Position numbers and translations under genes: made by a program. The notes beneath the pieces were generated by a model. That model saw only the letters and a program-made list of their open reading frames with translations. It made no database searches and was not told the DNA's origin. Source: Schmidtea polychroa (lineage: Eukaryota). Taken from it: a DNA stretch of 64,000 nucleotides. Positions within the stretch are counted from its first letter, which is position 1. Every line of letters begins with the position of its first letter. Below are positions 25,921 through 38,736 of the stretch, one piece after another. Where the stretch lies: positions 81,654,001 through 81,718,000 of the forward strand of contig CM097886.1 in assembly GCA_044892525.1 (NCBI GenBank). The letters are read 5' to 3'.

Positions 25921-28407
25921 TTACCCAGGTTTGGTCATTTCTTGAATGAACCCAATTCGATTAGCTACGAATGGCTTGAATAGTCTCGAATAACTTCGAA
26001 CCCAATGTATTACGTCTTTACTATCGGACCAGAACCATATCTCACTCATCGGTTTCCCGAGCACTTCTGAAACCCGTCTTGCTAATTTAACTCCAGTACA
26101 CGCGGCCATTAATTCCAACCTTGGTATACTTATAATTTGCACTGGAGCTACCTTTGCCCTTGACGCAATTAACACACTTTTAGGTCCCACATTACTTTCT
26201 TCCCGTAGATATATAGCTGACCCATATGCGGTGCTTGACGCATCGGAGAAGACATGTAATTGCCATTCATTTTTCATTTGAGTCCTTAAACATCTCGCAA
26301 TTCGCAGATCTCCGAGATTATTTGTGTCCTCTACCCACTTGTGTATTTCTTTATTCAACTTTGGAGGTAGCTTTTCGTCCCAATCAAGCCCTGACAACCA
26401 CAACTTCTGAATAATCTTTTTCCCTATGATTATGAATGGGCCTAACAGTCCCAATGGATCAAAGATTCTTGCCACTATGCTCAATACCTTTCTTTTCGAT
26501 AAACATTCCTCATTCGGCAGATCTACTTGAAAACTAAATTCATCGTCTTCCGAGTACCATTTCAAACCTAGGGTCTTGACGGCCATTGTCGTTTCCTTTT
26601 CAATATTCAGTGTTTTAGCTCGTTCTTCAATTGGGATTGTCGCCATAATTCTTTCCGAGTTGGACAGCCATTTTCTAGGCCGCATTCCGGCATTGCCCCA
26701 AACTGTTTCTAGCCCCTCTTTCAGCCTCATTCCTTCTTCTTCAGAATCAACAGAGTCCATGGTGTCGTCCATATACGTAGACTTGCAAATAGATTCTGTC
26801 ACTTTTGGGTAGTCCTTTTCAAATTTCTTTGCATTCTCTTGCGCGACTAGCTGGGCAAGGAATGGAGATGCATTAAGACCAAACACTAACCGATTAAACT
26901 CATACTTAATAATTTTCCCCCCAGTTGACCATAAAAACCGATGATATTTCCTGTCTTCAAGAGCCATTCTTATTTGCAGATACATTTCTGCTATATCACA
27001 AACAACAGCTACGGAAAATCGACGAAAACGAATTAAAATATCAAAAACTTCATTTTGTAATTTTGGGCCAACTTCCACCATATCATTAAGTCCCACCCCA
27101 TTACACCTGGCTGCCGCATCAAACACAATACGCACTTTCGTGGTGTCCTTATCTCTTCTAACCACGGGAAAGTGTGGTAATATCCATTCCGAATCTCCAG
27201 GCATCATTTTCTCTTTTACAATACTTATATAATCTTTTTTCAGGTAACCATTCAAAATATCCTGATACTCAGTTCGTAAGTCTTCCTTTTCAAGCCTCTT
27301 GTCCAAACTTCGCAGTCGACTTTCTGCCATTTTTTCACTATTGGGCAAAGCTGTTGGTGACTCTTTCCATGGCACTTTTACCTCGAAATGTCCGTCTACT
27401 TTCTTCATCTCAGATTTGGTTTTCTCATAAATCGCTTGGTCTTTCGCTGCAAATATATTTTCCTTTAAGCCGCTATCATCAATTTCCCAAAATCGCTCCA
27501 TCTGTCGTTGCAAATCCTCGCCATTACCGAAGAACGTTCGTATGAAATTGCTTTGATGGTTCCAAGTTCTTCCCACCGAGGTTCTTCCCACACATGTCCA
27601 GCCAAGTGGCGTTAAACGGGCAATCAGTTCATCCAACTTACCATCGATTTCTTTGAGTGCTCGTTGAAGCGTCAAATAATCCGCGCCAATTAACACTTCA
27701 ACTGCCTGTCTCTCGTCTAGCATCGGAAAATGGATGCCCTTCAGGTGAGTCCACTTATGTTTTTCTCTGGCCCAATTTACTACCTTCATTTCTCTCGTGA
27801 TATTTGTTACGGCCAGTGCGTTGAAGTTTTTCGTCAATCGGCCGTCATTACTAATTAACTTCATGGTCACTGGAGTAGCCATCATTTGTTGGACATTACC
27901 TCCGATAACCCCTATCGGTGTCCTCTTTTCCACCCCTTTTAACCCAAGCTCCTTTAAAATTCTTAGATTGATGTAGCTTACTGAGCTTGCATCATCTAAC
28001 AGTGCATTGACTTTTATTTTCTTGTTCCCATTTTCCAGGTAGATTGGAATTGTTCTTAAACTAAGGTAAGGTCTTAGGTTTTTCTCGTACACCCCTTTCT
28101 GGGTCAGCATCGTGTTGTTACCTTTTTCACTCTCCTCACTAATTTGTCTTTCATGTAATAATTCGTTGTGCCTTTGCTTACATCCGGTAACCTTGCAGAA
28201 AGATTCTTTACGACATTCCTTGGCCATGTGATTTCTTTTGAAGCAATTCCTGCACAGTTTCTTTTCTTCGATGACTTTCTTCCTTTTAGGAATTGTGAGT
28301 TGCTTGAACTTGTCACATTGGTCTAGGTAATGTTGACCACCACAGTGTACACACTCTGATCTATAGCCGTTAGAGTTATTCACCTGTTCCACTTTTAACT
28401 CTGCCAT
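25921..28407 (-). CDS. Bel/Pao zinc knuckles, protease, reverse transcriptase, RNase H
   Basis: [34 protein letters not shown] motifs. Confidence 0.95.
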   Translation of the reverse strand: MAELKVEQVNNSNGYRSECVHCGGQHYLDQCDKFKQLTIPKRKKVIEEKKLCRNCFKRNHMAKECRKESFCKVTGCKQRHNELLHERQISEESEKGNNTMLTQKGVYEKNLRPYLSLRTIPIYLENGNKKIKVNALLDDASSVSYINLRILKELGLKGVEKRTPIGVIGGNVQQMMATPVTMKLISNDGRLTKNFNALAVTNITREMKVVNWAREKHKWTHLKGIHFPMLDERQAVEVLIGADYLTLQRALKEIDGKLDELIARLTPLGWTCVGRTSVGRTWNHQSNFIRTFFGNGEDLQRQMERFWEIDDSGLKENIFAAKDQAIYEKTKSEMKKVDGHFEVKVPWKESPTALPNSEKMAESRLRSLDKRLEKEDLRTEYQDILNGYLKKDYISIVKEKMMPGDSEWILPHFPVVRRDKDTTKVRIVFDAAARCNGVGLNDMVEVGPKLQNEVFDILIRFRRFSVAVVCDIAEMYLQIRMALEDRKYHRFLWSTGGKIIKYEFNRLVFGLNASPFLAQLVAQENAKKFEKDYPKVTESICKSTYMDDTMDSVDSEEEGMRLKEGLETVWGNAGMRPRKWLSNSERIMATIPIEERAKTLNIEKETTMAVKTLGLKWYSEDDEFSFQVDLPNEECLSKRKVLSIVARIFDPLGLLGPFIIIGKKIIQKLWLSGLDWDEKLPPKLNKEIHKWVEDTNNLGDLRIARCLRTQMKNEWQLHVFSDASSTAYGSAIYLREESNVGPKSVLIASRAKVAPVQIISIPRLELMAACTGVKLARRVSEVLGKPMSEIWFWSDSKDVIHWVRSYSRLFKPFVANRIGFIQEMTKPG

Positions 28408-30628
28408 CTGGTTGCCCCGTAAAATGCGTCCGACCTCCAGGATTGAATCTTTCTCTTTCCCTAGACACCCCTTCTACTCTTGACCCATCATAAGCCCTGG
28501 TGCTTGGTTTAGTCCCATACACAACCTCGTTAGTGGACCTTAGGATCTCCGCTTCTTGTTGTATCCATCTTCTCAAATCCTCTATCGTCTCCCGCAATTC
28601 CTTTTCTATTTTGTCTTTTTTCCATTTATACACAAGATTCGTCGTTAACTTGCCCAAACACTTTTGAAAAAAATAGCCAGTCTTTAACTCGGATTCTTTC
28701 CCAGTGGATTTAAATCGCACGGTGACCGTTTCTAATAATCCAACAAATGAGTCTAGATCCTTCAAATCTCCTTCTCGAATTGGCCTGAACTGTTCCATCT
28801 CCTCTAACATTGATAAATATATCCTTTCATCCCCACCATATCGCCTATCCAACTTCTCTTTTGCCATTTGATAAGCCTCTGCCGAATATCCAAGATTTTC
28901 AATTAACTTTAATGGCTCTCCGTGAAGGTACTTGTGCAGGTGAAACATCTTTTCAACCTCATCACCTTCGGCTTCGTCAACACATGCAGTAAAAGCTGCT
29001 TTCCATGGTTCGTACTCTTTCATCTTGCCTTCAAAAACAGGGATTGTAATTTTCTGTAGACTTTCCAGTTTTCTTTTATGCCCGGAATTATTCTTCTTGA
29101 TGGTATCATCATTCACATTTTCCTTCTCTTCCATAAAAGATTGATTTGCTTTTCTTTCCATCAATGCCCCAATTATTTGATGTTTTTCCTCGATCTCTTG
29201 CAGGTCTTTATCTAAGATTGCAGTGATGTCCAATCTTTGCAGTTTTTTACTGATTGTTCTCAGATCCCCTAATTCTTCATCTAGACTCTCCTTTTGATCT
29301 TCATATTCCGCCAACCATTCGCTAACATCCTTCCCATTTATATCATTGAGAGTCTTGTTTCTTAATCTCGTTAATTTTCCTTTTTTCATTCTCTTTTTCC
29401 ACAGTCCTTCTTCTAAAATCTCTTCGTCATTGCCCCCGCACAGCCTGAGTGACAAATGAAGTGTCGACCCTACTTGTATCCTATAATCATTCAATCTTCT
29501 TTTATTTTCTAACTGCTTTCCTGCGTATACTAACATTTGATAATTTTCCGGAATTCCTTCTTTGTCCTGGATTTTTCCTTTTATCTTTTCAATTGTGTCC
29601 TTCCATTTAACGTCCAGAGTAATTGTCTTACCAGTAAGAGTTTTGACAAATATTTGACTTTCCCATCGCAACTCAAAACCCATTACCCCGCTCGCCCTCA
29701 CCCTTGACTCAGCTCTGTTCTTTACTCTGTTCCCCTGGCTTCCCTCTTTAAAAGAGTGCTGGGGCCCATAGCAGCACTTTCTCACGCTCGGTAGGGAAGG
29801 GAGGATGTTTAATTTTACAAAAGTATTATAATATATACATAATATGCGTGACCACAAACAAGATTTTTTATAATACATATTAATTACCAAAATATTATTA
29901 ATTACAAAAATATTATTAAACACATAATAAACATAATATTTACATAAAATATATAAAACCAAAAAAGACATTTTATAATACATATTAATTACCTTGTTCC
30001 GGCTGGCTAGCCGGAACCACGCTCTGCTACCATGAATTAACCGAATTGAACGAATAACAATTTTATTTGAAATAGACTCGATGGAGTCGGCTCTATGTGG
30101 CAACAAAATTTCACAGCATTGAATGATCTGTTCGAAATCATAATTTACATAAACATCATCACTTAAGTCATAATCCGATTTCATAAAGTCTAAGTTTGAT
30201 TTTATCACATCGCTCGTTATAGTAGAAGAAATTCTTCCTGTAGCCACAATGCATAAATATCTCGTTTCCTTTGCTAATTGAACTCCTGATGGATTGAGAC
30301 TCGCAATATTGCGTAACTTGTAAATCATAGATCCGTCAACATCAACCATAGATGAGGCAATATATTGAATTTTGTTATCATCTAATAAATTCCAAAACAA
30401 TTTTGTATTAGAAGGCATTTCTACAGAAGATTGTAGTAGATTACATTTGACCACGAGGAGCGCAAACTCACAATTTGCTGTCCGATTATTTGACAATACA
30501 GAAGGGTAATTAATATTTGATGGAATTTTTCTTAAAAACATCTCAAAATCTTCAGGATTGGCACAAATCTCAATTTTGCTATCAGAATCATCACTAAAAT
30601 GATATTTCATCCATGAAATAAACGCCAT
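28376..30628 (-). CDS. Fusion ORF: LTR cargo - PBS/linker - ubiquitin-like domain (29432-29656) - Bel Gag
   Basis: 750-aa open frame; [10 protein letters not shown]...LRLCGG is exactly Ub residues 2-76; Gag IPVFEG...LHKYLHG. Confidence 0.85.
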   Translation of the reverse strand: MAFISWMKYHFSDDSDSKIEICANPEDFEMFLRKIPSNINYPSVLSNNRTANCEFALLVVKCNLLQSSVEMPSNTKLFWNLLDDNKIQYIASSMVDVDGSMIYKLRNIASLNPSGVQLAKETRYLCIVATGRISSTITSDVIKSNLDFMKSDYDLSDDVYVNYDFEQIIQCCEILLPHRADSIESISNKIVIRSIRLIHGSRAWFRLASRNKVINMYYKMSFLVLYILCKYYVYYVFNNIFVINNILVINMYYKKSCLWSRILCIYYNTFVKLNILPSLPSVRKCCYGPQHSFKEGSQGNRVKNRAESRVRASGVMGFELRWESQIFVKTLTGKTITLDVKWKDTIEKIKGKIQDKEGIPENYQMLVYAGKQLENKRRLNDYRIQVGSTLHLSLRLCGGNDEEILEEGLWKKRMKKGKLTRLRNKTLNDINGKDVSEWLAEYEDQKESLDEELGDLRTISKKLQRLDITAILDKDLQEIEEKHQIIGALMERKANQSFMEEKENVNDDTIKKNNSGHKRKLESLQKITIPVFEGKMKEYEPWKAAFTACVDEAEGDEVEKMFHLHKYLHGEPLKLIENLGYSAEAYQMAKEKLDRRYGGDERIYLSMLEEMEQFRPIREGDLKDLDSFVGLLETVTVRFKSTGKESELKTGYFFQKCLGKLTTNLVYKWKKDKIEKELRETIEDLRRWIQQEAEILRSTNEVVYGTKPSTRAYDGSRVEGVSRERERFNPGGRTHFTGQPDGRVKSGTGE
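30015..30032 (-). promoter_or_regulatory. Primer-binding site (tRNAi-Met type), element 2
   Basis: Identical 18-mer to the element 1 PBS, directly after the LTR-terminal CA. Confidence 0.88.
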
Positions 30629-30931
30629 TTTAACAAAGGAACTTGTTCCAGAACCGAAAGCCCTTTTTAAACTTCCACCAATAACAAACCAATTTAAAAC
30701 AAATCAATTCGAATTAAAAATCCAGAATTTCTGCCAAAAACCATTTATCATATAAAAATTAACAATTAATCAAAACCTACTTCTCGCGTCTGTGTGCGCA
30801 CACCAACAAGAATCGGTCTAACCAGACCGCGCACACAGACGCGATAGAAAAAAGCCAAACCACACCCACAACTATATGCGTCTGTGTGCGCCCACAGCCA
30901 ACAACACAAGGATAGTAAAAGGCGCACACAG
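30033..30931 (-). repeat. 5' LTR of element 2 (first ~21 nt hidden in gap)
   Basis: Matches 23250-24145. Confidence 0.9.
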
Positions 30932-31069
30932 NNNNNNNNNNNNNNNNNNNNNNNNNNNNNNNNNNNNNNNNNNNNNNNNNNNNNNNNNNNNNNNNNNNNN
31001 NNNNNNNNNNNNNNNNNNNNNNNNNNNNNNNNNNNNNNNNNNNNNNNNNNNNNNNNNNNNNNNNNNNNN

Positions 31070-31679
31070 AATAGTAAAGTTAAGCAAATCCTCGATAAAC
31101 TGAAAATAAATCACTACTCGGTACATTCTTAATACAAAGCTGCTTATGTTGAAAGATTTAATCGAACATTGAGAGATAGATTAAAGAAATTGTTCGTGCA
31201 TCAAGGTAATAAAAAATGGGTAAATGTTTTACCAAAATTAATAAAAAGTTATAATCATTCATCACATCGAGGACTTAATGGATTGAGACCGGTTGATATT
31301 ACATCAAAAACATCGTTGACTTCTAAAAAATCTGTAAAAATTGCAAAACCTAAATATAAAGTCGGTGACCATGTTAGAATCAGTAAAATTAGTGCATCAC
31401 CATTTATTAAAAATTTTGATACAAATTGGAGTGATGAAGTCTTTGTAATTTCAAAAATAAATACTAAGCAGAATCCTGTAATGTATGTCATCAAAGACAG
31501 TGATAATTGTACAAGGGAAATTTTATGAGCAGGAATTACAAGTCATTCCTCTTCCAAAAGTATTTAGAATTCAAAAAATATTGAAAACTAAAAAGGTCGG
31601 TAAGGATAAACAATACTATGTCAAATGGCATGGTTATCAAAACCCATCATGGATATCAGCAAAAGACTTAGTAAAGTGA
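31070..31679 (+). pseudogene. Maverick integrase, 3' portion with C-terminal chromodomain
   Basis: VERFNRTLRDRL, YNHSSHR, KYKVGDHVRISK, chromodomain QYYVKWHGY; one stop and one frameshift. Confidence 0.88.
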
Positions 31680-32698
31680 ATTTTTATACTATTTTGCCGA
31701 GCAATAGTTGCCCATTAATTCATCCAGACAATCAAGCCAGTAAATTCATGGTCAATCTCCAGAATCCGATTTCTTTAAATGGGGACTGTGAAGTTGCACT
31801 GCAAGATTTTACATTCGTGTACAACACATTCCCATTTTATAGTCAATGTAAGATTGATTTCAAAAGGAATATTGTGAAAACATGTAGCGGTATCTTTGTT
31901 ATCAGTAATTATGATAAAACATATCATATTCCGAATCAAATATTAGATTCGCATTGCTCTATGTTTTACAAGGATGGATTAAATATCAGTTGTGATTTTA
32001 AACCATTTACAATAACATTCGAAACTATTGAAGATGCCAAACGAATGGGTTGCAATAAGTTGAAAAATATTGTTACGGAGACCGAGTATTTATTACGTTT
32101 TAATCTATTTGAAGCAAACAGTATAGTGAAAGAAGAAATCAAAATATCTGTGTCGTATAATGATGAAGTTGAAGAATCATTTACCTTTGCTGATGAATTA
32201 TATTATGATAAACTTGATGATTTACTTAAATATTTAAAGTTCAATTGTTCATAGATATTTAAAAATTTGGAAATTGTGAAAGATTTGATGTTTACCTTCA
32301 GTTTGAATGATGATATTTGCGAAGTTACATTTGATAAAAATTTGGCAAATTCACTTGGATTAGATAAGCAAAAATATCGAGAAAAATCAACTGGCATACG
32401 CAAACCAAGAATACTAGAACATCATCAACAAATGTTCATATATACTAACATTATCGAACCCATAATTGTTGGTGATTCCAGTGTTCCTCTTTTGAAATCG
32501 GTATGGATTGGCAAATATGAACATGATGAAGTTGTCAATATAAATATCGATAATCCCATGTATTTACCAATAGCAGGTTCATGTATAAACAATATAGAAA
32601 TAAATATTCGTGATGATAGTGGAAAACTTATAAACTTTCCAAAAGGTTCAAAAACTCATTTGACATTACATTTTCGTAAAGTAGATGGCAAATTCTGA
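31625..32698 (+). pseudogene. Minor capsid protein (penton-like), in-frame TAG at 32252-32254
   Basis: N-terminal FYTILPSNS...EVAL and C-terminal IYTNIIEP.IVGD...PLL...IEINIRD motifs typical of Polinton mCP. Confidence 0.85.
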
Positions 32699-33053
32699 TA
32701 TTATTAGTATGTATAGTGGTAGCCAATCTGGTGGCGAATTACCATATTTTATTGGTAAACAGTACGGATCGGGATGGTTGAGAACAATTGGTAGATTTGC
32801 ATTGCCTATTCTTAAACGTATTGGTAGTTTTGGTATGAAAACTGCTAAAGACGTGATTATGAATGAACAGAAAATATTACCATCCCTAAAAACAAATGCT
32901 TTAGCTGAGTTAGGGAAGGTTCTACCTGTAGTTGCAGGTATGTTTCAAAAAGAAAAATCTCCAGCTCCAGCTCCTGTTCCAAAACGTAAAAGACATGGAA
33001 TATCACGTATAAACAAACGAATGAAAGGACATGGAACTATATTTGCAAAATGA
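32685..33053 (+). CDS. Putative protease-processed membrane-active virion protein (pVI/cupiennin-like)
   Basis: QSGG and QYGSG followed by amphipathic WLRTIGRFALPILKRIG; basic C-terminus; sits between mCP and MCP. Confidence 0.65.
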   Translation: MANSDIISMYSGSQSGGELPYFIGKQYGSGWLRTIGRFALPILKRIGSFGMKTAKDVIMNEQKILPSLKTNALAELGKVLPVVAGMFQKEKSPAPAPVPKRKRHGISRINKRMKGHGTIFAK

Positions 33054-34236
33054 TTTGTGGTAAATCTGAATTATGTATATTTGATAGACCATCGCCCCAG
33101 GCTGTAATAGAATTTGGGGCTTTTGAGGAAGTTTTTCCTATGAATTCAATTACCGATAGTAGAAATGATATAGAGTTTTATATTAATGGTTCGCAAACTG
33201 AATATTTAGATTTGAACGATACTTTATTGACTGTTCAGATCAAGGTTGTAGATAAAGATAGAAAAGTTTTGGATGCCAATGCAGATGTAATACCGAACAA
33301 TTTCCTGTTTCATACTCTTTTTAAAGATGCAGTGTTGGGATTTAATAATATCAAGATTGAGGGTGGAAATAATACATTCATTCACAAGGCATTAATAGAA
33401 ACTATTTTAAATTACAATTCCGATACTAAAAATACATGTCTTACTCCTATGGGTTATGGTAGTGATGATGAAAGAAAAAAGTGGGTAAAAGGCTCAAAGG
33501 TTTTCACCATGTTCTCATCATTACAACTTGATTTTATGGATCAACCGAAATATTTACTACCGGGAGTTAATGTACATATTAGACTGAAAAGGTCTGATTC
33601 TGCATTATCTCTTACTAGTGCAACTACTACACCAATATGTCAATTAGTTAATGCAAAATTATTAGTGAGAAGAGTTCGAGTAGACCCCTCAGTATTAGCT
33701 GGTCATCAATTGGGTCTTAATTCAAAACATGCAATTTATCCATTAAAAACAAAGGAAATTGTACAATTCGCTATTGCTAAAGATGCTTCATCATTCTATA
33801 AAGAACAAATATTTGGTGACAGAAGAATGCCTAATTTTATTCTGATAACATTTCAAAGTGAAACACAATATAATGGATCATATACTGCGTCCAGCTCAAT
33901 TTTCAAAAACTTTGGTGTTACATCATTGACTTTGTCGAAAAATACTGATTATAGAAAAACATATATTATATGCAGAGTATTGTTAGAAATCTGGGTTATT
34001 TAGATAAAAATTTGAATTGTGGAATAACTCTAGAAGAATTTAAAAGCAAATACCCATTTTTTACATTTGATTTAGCCCTTGATTTTGATTTAAATCAAAG
34101 TCAATTACCTCAAAATGGAAATTTACGACTGGATATAAAGTTTGCAAAAGCTATTACTGAACCAGTACATGTTATAATATATGGAGTATTTGAAAATGAA
34201 GTTCAAATTACTGCAAATAGAACTGTGTTGGTATAA
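33050..34236 (+). pseudogene. Major capsid protein (hexon-like double jelly-roll), frameshift near 33970
   Basis: KSELCIF...IEFYI...YLDLNDT N-terminus and NGNLRLDIKF C-terminus. Confidence 0.88.
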
Positions 34237-34648
34237 ATGTATATTGAAACACAAAAAGTTGTCATGGAGTAAGTTGTTTTTTATACTCTGGATTTATTTA
34301 AGTAGTTCTGTTCAGGTCAATAAAATCGGAAAACAGATATTGGGAAATGAATTTGTTGGAGTTTTTCCTCTTGATAAAATTCCATATTTGAGCAATAATC
34401 AAGCAATAATCGTCAATACTCATTCGTCTCATCTTGGTGGAGAACATTGGATAGCTATATATATGAAACCTAGTAATATATTCGTATTCGATCCTATGGG
34501 TTTTTATTACCCGGCTTTGTTGATATCAAAACTACAAACAATGGGGAAACCTATTGTGTATAATAAAACTATGTTTCAAAATCCTTTGACCCAAACATGT
34601 GATCAACACTGTTTGACGTGGTTGTTGTACAAAAAGTTTCATGTTTAA
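34181..34648 (+). CDS. Adenain-like cysteine protease (start region probably disrupted)
   Basis: GEHW, FDPMG, FQN, TCDQHC (G to D next to the catalytic Cys). Confidence 0.85.
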   Translation: MEYLKMKFKLLQIELCWYKCILKHKKLSWSKLFFILWIYLSSSVQVNKIGKQILGNEFVGVFPLDKIPYLSNNQAIIVNTHSSHLGGEHWIAIYMKPSNIFVFDPMGFYYPALLISKLQTMGKPIVYNKTMFQNPLTQTCDQHCLTWLLYKKFHV

Positions 34649-35069
34649 TAAATGTTTAGTGTATGCTTTGTTGTTGTCATTTAATAAGAAAGACTTTTAT
34701 TATTATTTGTTATTTAATAAGAAAGACTTTAATTTTATTATTATTTATTGTTATTATTAAGAATAATATTAATTATTTTTAATTAACTTATCATAAAGCC
34801 ATCACATGCTCCGTGCATGCACAGTGCATGTTAACAAAGAACTGACTAATAAAGACAGTCACATGGAAACAGTGTGATTAACAAGGCACGTGTATATGCA
34901 ATGTGATTGGCTGAGAGAGTAAAATATTTAAGTTTCTATGTGTGTGTACCGAAATCTTATTGGCTGGGACAGGAAAATTTAAATCTCTTTATAAACATTT
35001 GCAATTTCCAAATTCGTCACAATTATTTTAAAATTTTACAAAATTCAATATTTTTCAAAATTTTACAAA

Positions 35070-35756
35070 ATGGAAGGACAAGAAAATAATATTCTGAGAT
35101 GTATGATGGCTGGCAGCAATGGTAAAATATTATTATTTTATTTTATTTATTTTTTATATATTTATTTTATAGATGATTTGTGGTACGAAGTTACTCAAAA
35201 TGAAGATGGATTTAATTTAAATTGTACATATGGTAATTTTATTTTTATTTATTAATATTATTATTATTATTTAGACGTTATAATGGTGAGCGATGATGAA
35301 GATCCTATAATTATAAGCGACAATGACGATACAATAGTCATTAGTGAGGATGATGATGATTTATCAAGTAATTTATTATTATTATTGTATTAAATTAAAA
35401 ACCTTTTTTAGGACATAGTCAAATGATTCCTAATCACATCGACAATGAGTTTTTCATCGAACATGCGATGATAGAAAATACTCGTAAGTTTTTATTATTT
35501 TTATATGTAATTTTAAAAATGATTTAGAAGCTTCAAATGTTTTGAATGATGCCCCTATTCAGTATGCCCCTATTCGGGATGCTCTCTCTGAGGATGATGC
35601 TCCAATTTAAGCTGCACCTATTGATGACCAGGAAACAATGTAGCGGAGGTAGCGGATTATGCCTCAACTTTTATTGGAGATGCCCCTATTAGGGAGGTCT
35701 ATGGAAATATCCTCACTGAGGACGAAACAGACTCTGATTCAGAGTCTAAATGTTAG
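35070..35756 (+). pseudogene. Five-exon acidic gene with three tandem SIM-like motifs
   Basis: Introns 35122-35172, 35233-35274, 35368-35411, 35484-35527, all GT..AG and phase 1, joining one open frame until TAA at 35608-35610. Confidence 0.72.
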
Positions 35757-36092
35757 TTTTTTTTTTATTTCATGAATAATATTTTTATTAATCATAATTA
35801 TTATTATTTATAAACTTAAATTATAACTTTCTTTAAATTATTTTTAAAAAATGCTGTAAATTTTGTAATTGACGATTAAATTTTATATGAAGAAAATTTA
35901 TATGAAGAAAGTGAAGAAAATTTATATGAACAGATGATGAAAATTTATTTGAAAAATCCTGAACAAATTTATTTGAAAATCCTGAACAAATTATATGAAA
36001 TGATGATGATGAAAATTTAAAACGATGAAAGTGTAGAAGAAAATTTTGAAATTATTACAATATTCTTGAGAAAGTTATAATTTAAGTTTAGA

Positions 36093-36094
<2 letters not shown>

Positions 36095-36173
<79 letters not shown>
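36095..36173. repeat. (AAT)n microsatellite
   Basis: Direct inspection. Confidence 0.98.
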
Positions 36174-36175
<2 letters not shown>

Positions 36176-38736
36176 CTTTAAATTTCCATGTCTTTGGCAG
36201 TTTTGATCTAACTGCTAATAATATAGTTATACCCTTTATTAATAATTGTTAATAGTTATTCCGTTTTATAATTATTGTCTAATAAAAACTGAATAACTAC
36301 TAACAATTGTTAATAAAGATATTAAACATTCTATATTACAACAATATTTAGATAATTATTAAATAAATTTATTAATAGGCCAATTATATCCTCGGTATTG
36401 CGTTTCTTCGACTGGGCATACTAAAGTATGTCACAAAAACATGAAAAAATACTATGGGCATAAATTCTATGGACTCAAATACTATTTATGTCCACTATGC
36501 CAGACTTCCCAACCTATAAAATATATAGATTTTTATAATATACATAGTAAACATCTAAATCAGTTTCCTTCAAATAAAAAGAGGCTTTTTAATGAGTTAA
36601 ATAATACAGAACATATGTTTAAGAGTGAAATTTTTGTTTTGCCAGGTCCTTCTTTTCTATGTCTTTGGCATATGAGGCATTGGAATGTGATATTTCTATC
36701 GTACATGTTTTTCATGTGTTCTTGTTGTTTGTCTTCCATTAAGGGTTAATTCGTAGGTTTGGATGCTGGTGTTTCTAAGTTATTATTGTATGTTTCTATT
36801 GTGGCATTGTTGAGATCTGTCACTTCTTTGTTATTCTGGTGTTCTGTGGGTAATGGCGTTTGGATTATTGTGTTTTGTATAAAGGGGGTGATAGTATGTG
36901 GTGAGGTAATGGTGTGGGTTTTCTTAGGGCTGTTTGTGGGTTTTTTGTTGTTGATGGTTGTAGGTGGGTTCATGCCGGTTGTGTTATTTGGTGTCGTATC
37001 TTGGTTTGTCGTTGTCAATATGTAGAATCTATTATTAATTAGCGTTTTCGACTTATAATTTATTTGGTTTGGAGGGTTCGAGGTGTCTTTAGGAGGGTAT
37101 TCTGGTATAGGGCATTCAGTATTTATTTTTGGGATTAGAAGAGGAATTCTGTAGAATAGTATTGATAACGTGTGGTAGCTGAGCATCTTTCATGTTGTTA
37201 TGCAGCTCTGTATATTTATGCATTCGGGGTCTTTGTGGAACATCGTCCAAAAATGTTTAGAGTAACTTTATTTTTCCGCGGAAGTTATTATTTGATATTT
37301 TTGTATTTGGAGCATTTTGTGGGTCTGACGAAATAGGGTTTTCCGTTGAATTATTTTGTTGTGGATCAGCGTTCTCTGGCTGTGCCCTATCTAGGTAGGC
37401 AAATCGGTCTATTTTTCCATTGTTTAGATAATTTAAACAAGTTATTGATTTTATATTTAAATCTTTCGTAATTTTTGCTAAAATTTATTAAAATCGTATT
37501 CTATTTGCGATAAATTATTTTCAATATGTTATTTTTTCATTTGTAATATTACAATTTTCATTATAAATGTGTTCTTTTACAGTATTTAAATTATTAAGTT
37601 TTTTCTAATTGTTATTAAATTTATTATAATTAAATCTAAAATTATTATAATTTTCATCATTATTAAATTGTTTAAATATCTTGGAATTTAAATTTTCAAA
37701 AGTCGATATGTTTTCATATCGACCATTTTCTACATTATGAAAGCGATTTTCGCTAAAAAATTGAAACCATAAGGATGGGAATATTTTATATTTCTATGAT
37801 ATTGGTTTCTATATTTAGTATTATTTTTAAAGACTATATTTAGTAATATAGTCTTCACCAATTTTGTCTTTAGGGTCATTTTTATTATCAATAATTTGTC
37901 CTTATATGAAAAAAGATTATTTATGTGGTTTTCAGAATGTGAATATTTTAGTTTTAATAACTACAGATTTATTATTATCAGATATGATTTATTAATATTG
38001 CTATATATTTTCAAGCCTCTCTCTCAAATTGACGATAATCAGAATGTTGACAGAAAGAACACTCATAATTATGCAAGGGGTAGTTTGACTATGAACAAAA
38101 CTGTTTCATTTCATTCCATAAACAATGGTGTAGGTGTTATTTTATCATAATTATCACATCCCCGGGCTACGCACTTCTCTCTACCAGATGGCACATTGAG
38201 CCCCAGATCATTGGTGATATTCAGGTGACGGTTCCCGGACTCTCTCCTGTCATCATATAATCAGCTTGTCTATAATACACATTATCTTGTATTTTTGTTG
38301 TTAAAGTCGTATGTAAATAACTGTCATAGGAAATCAATGCCCGAAGCTCTCTGCATGTTTCCCATCCATGTATTGGGCAGTTTTGGAGTTCGATTGTGTG
38401 AGTTCCTTCACATAGTTAACTGAACGAAAAGATTATTAGATTTTTACAGAAGTCTGTTTCGGCTTGTATGTTCGAATGTTATATGATTACAATCTTCTAT
38501 TTCACCTTCATAGCTTCGCTTATCAAAATTTCTCTTGGAAACTTATGATATTTCTTATTATAACTTATGTTATTTCTAAAATGAGGCAAAAATGTCACTA
38601 TAACTTTTGTAATTAAAATTAAATATTTTTAATAAAAAATGTACAATAGCTAAAGTCTCAAATAATATTATAATAAATAATTGAAAATTATACTAAATAA
38701 TTAAAAATGAAGAGAAAAACAATTTTCAAACTATAT

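Larger units (their letters stand above)
23250..30931 (-). mobile_element. Near-complete Bel/Pao LTR retrotransposon (element 2) with Ub-Gag; one frameshift and one nonsense codon
   Basis: LTRs 30033-30931 (runs into gap) and 23250-24166, PBS 30015-30032, PPT ~24167-24180; Gag-PR-RT-RH-IN order. Confidence 0.93.

Noticed and set aside
25921-25923. Programmed stop read-through in pol
   Set aside because: A TAA within RNase H in a decaying copy; a simple nonsense mutation is more likely.
28376-28407. Programmed gag-pol frameshift in element 2
   Set aside because: Bel/Pao elements normally have one ORF, no clear slippery heptamer is present, element 3 reads through this region in frame, and element 2 also has a nonsense codon.
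29677-29685. Myristoylation signal at MGFELR upstream of the element 2 ubiquitin
   Set aside because: Lacks Ser/Thr at position 6 and has no counterpart in element 1.
36441-37500. Pro/Thr/Asn-rich ORF 36746..37186 and neighbours as a gene
   Set aside because: Low complexity with multiple stops in flanking frames; possibly an old gag-pro remnant, but no motif I can support.
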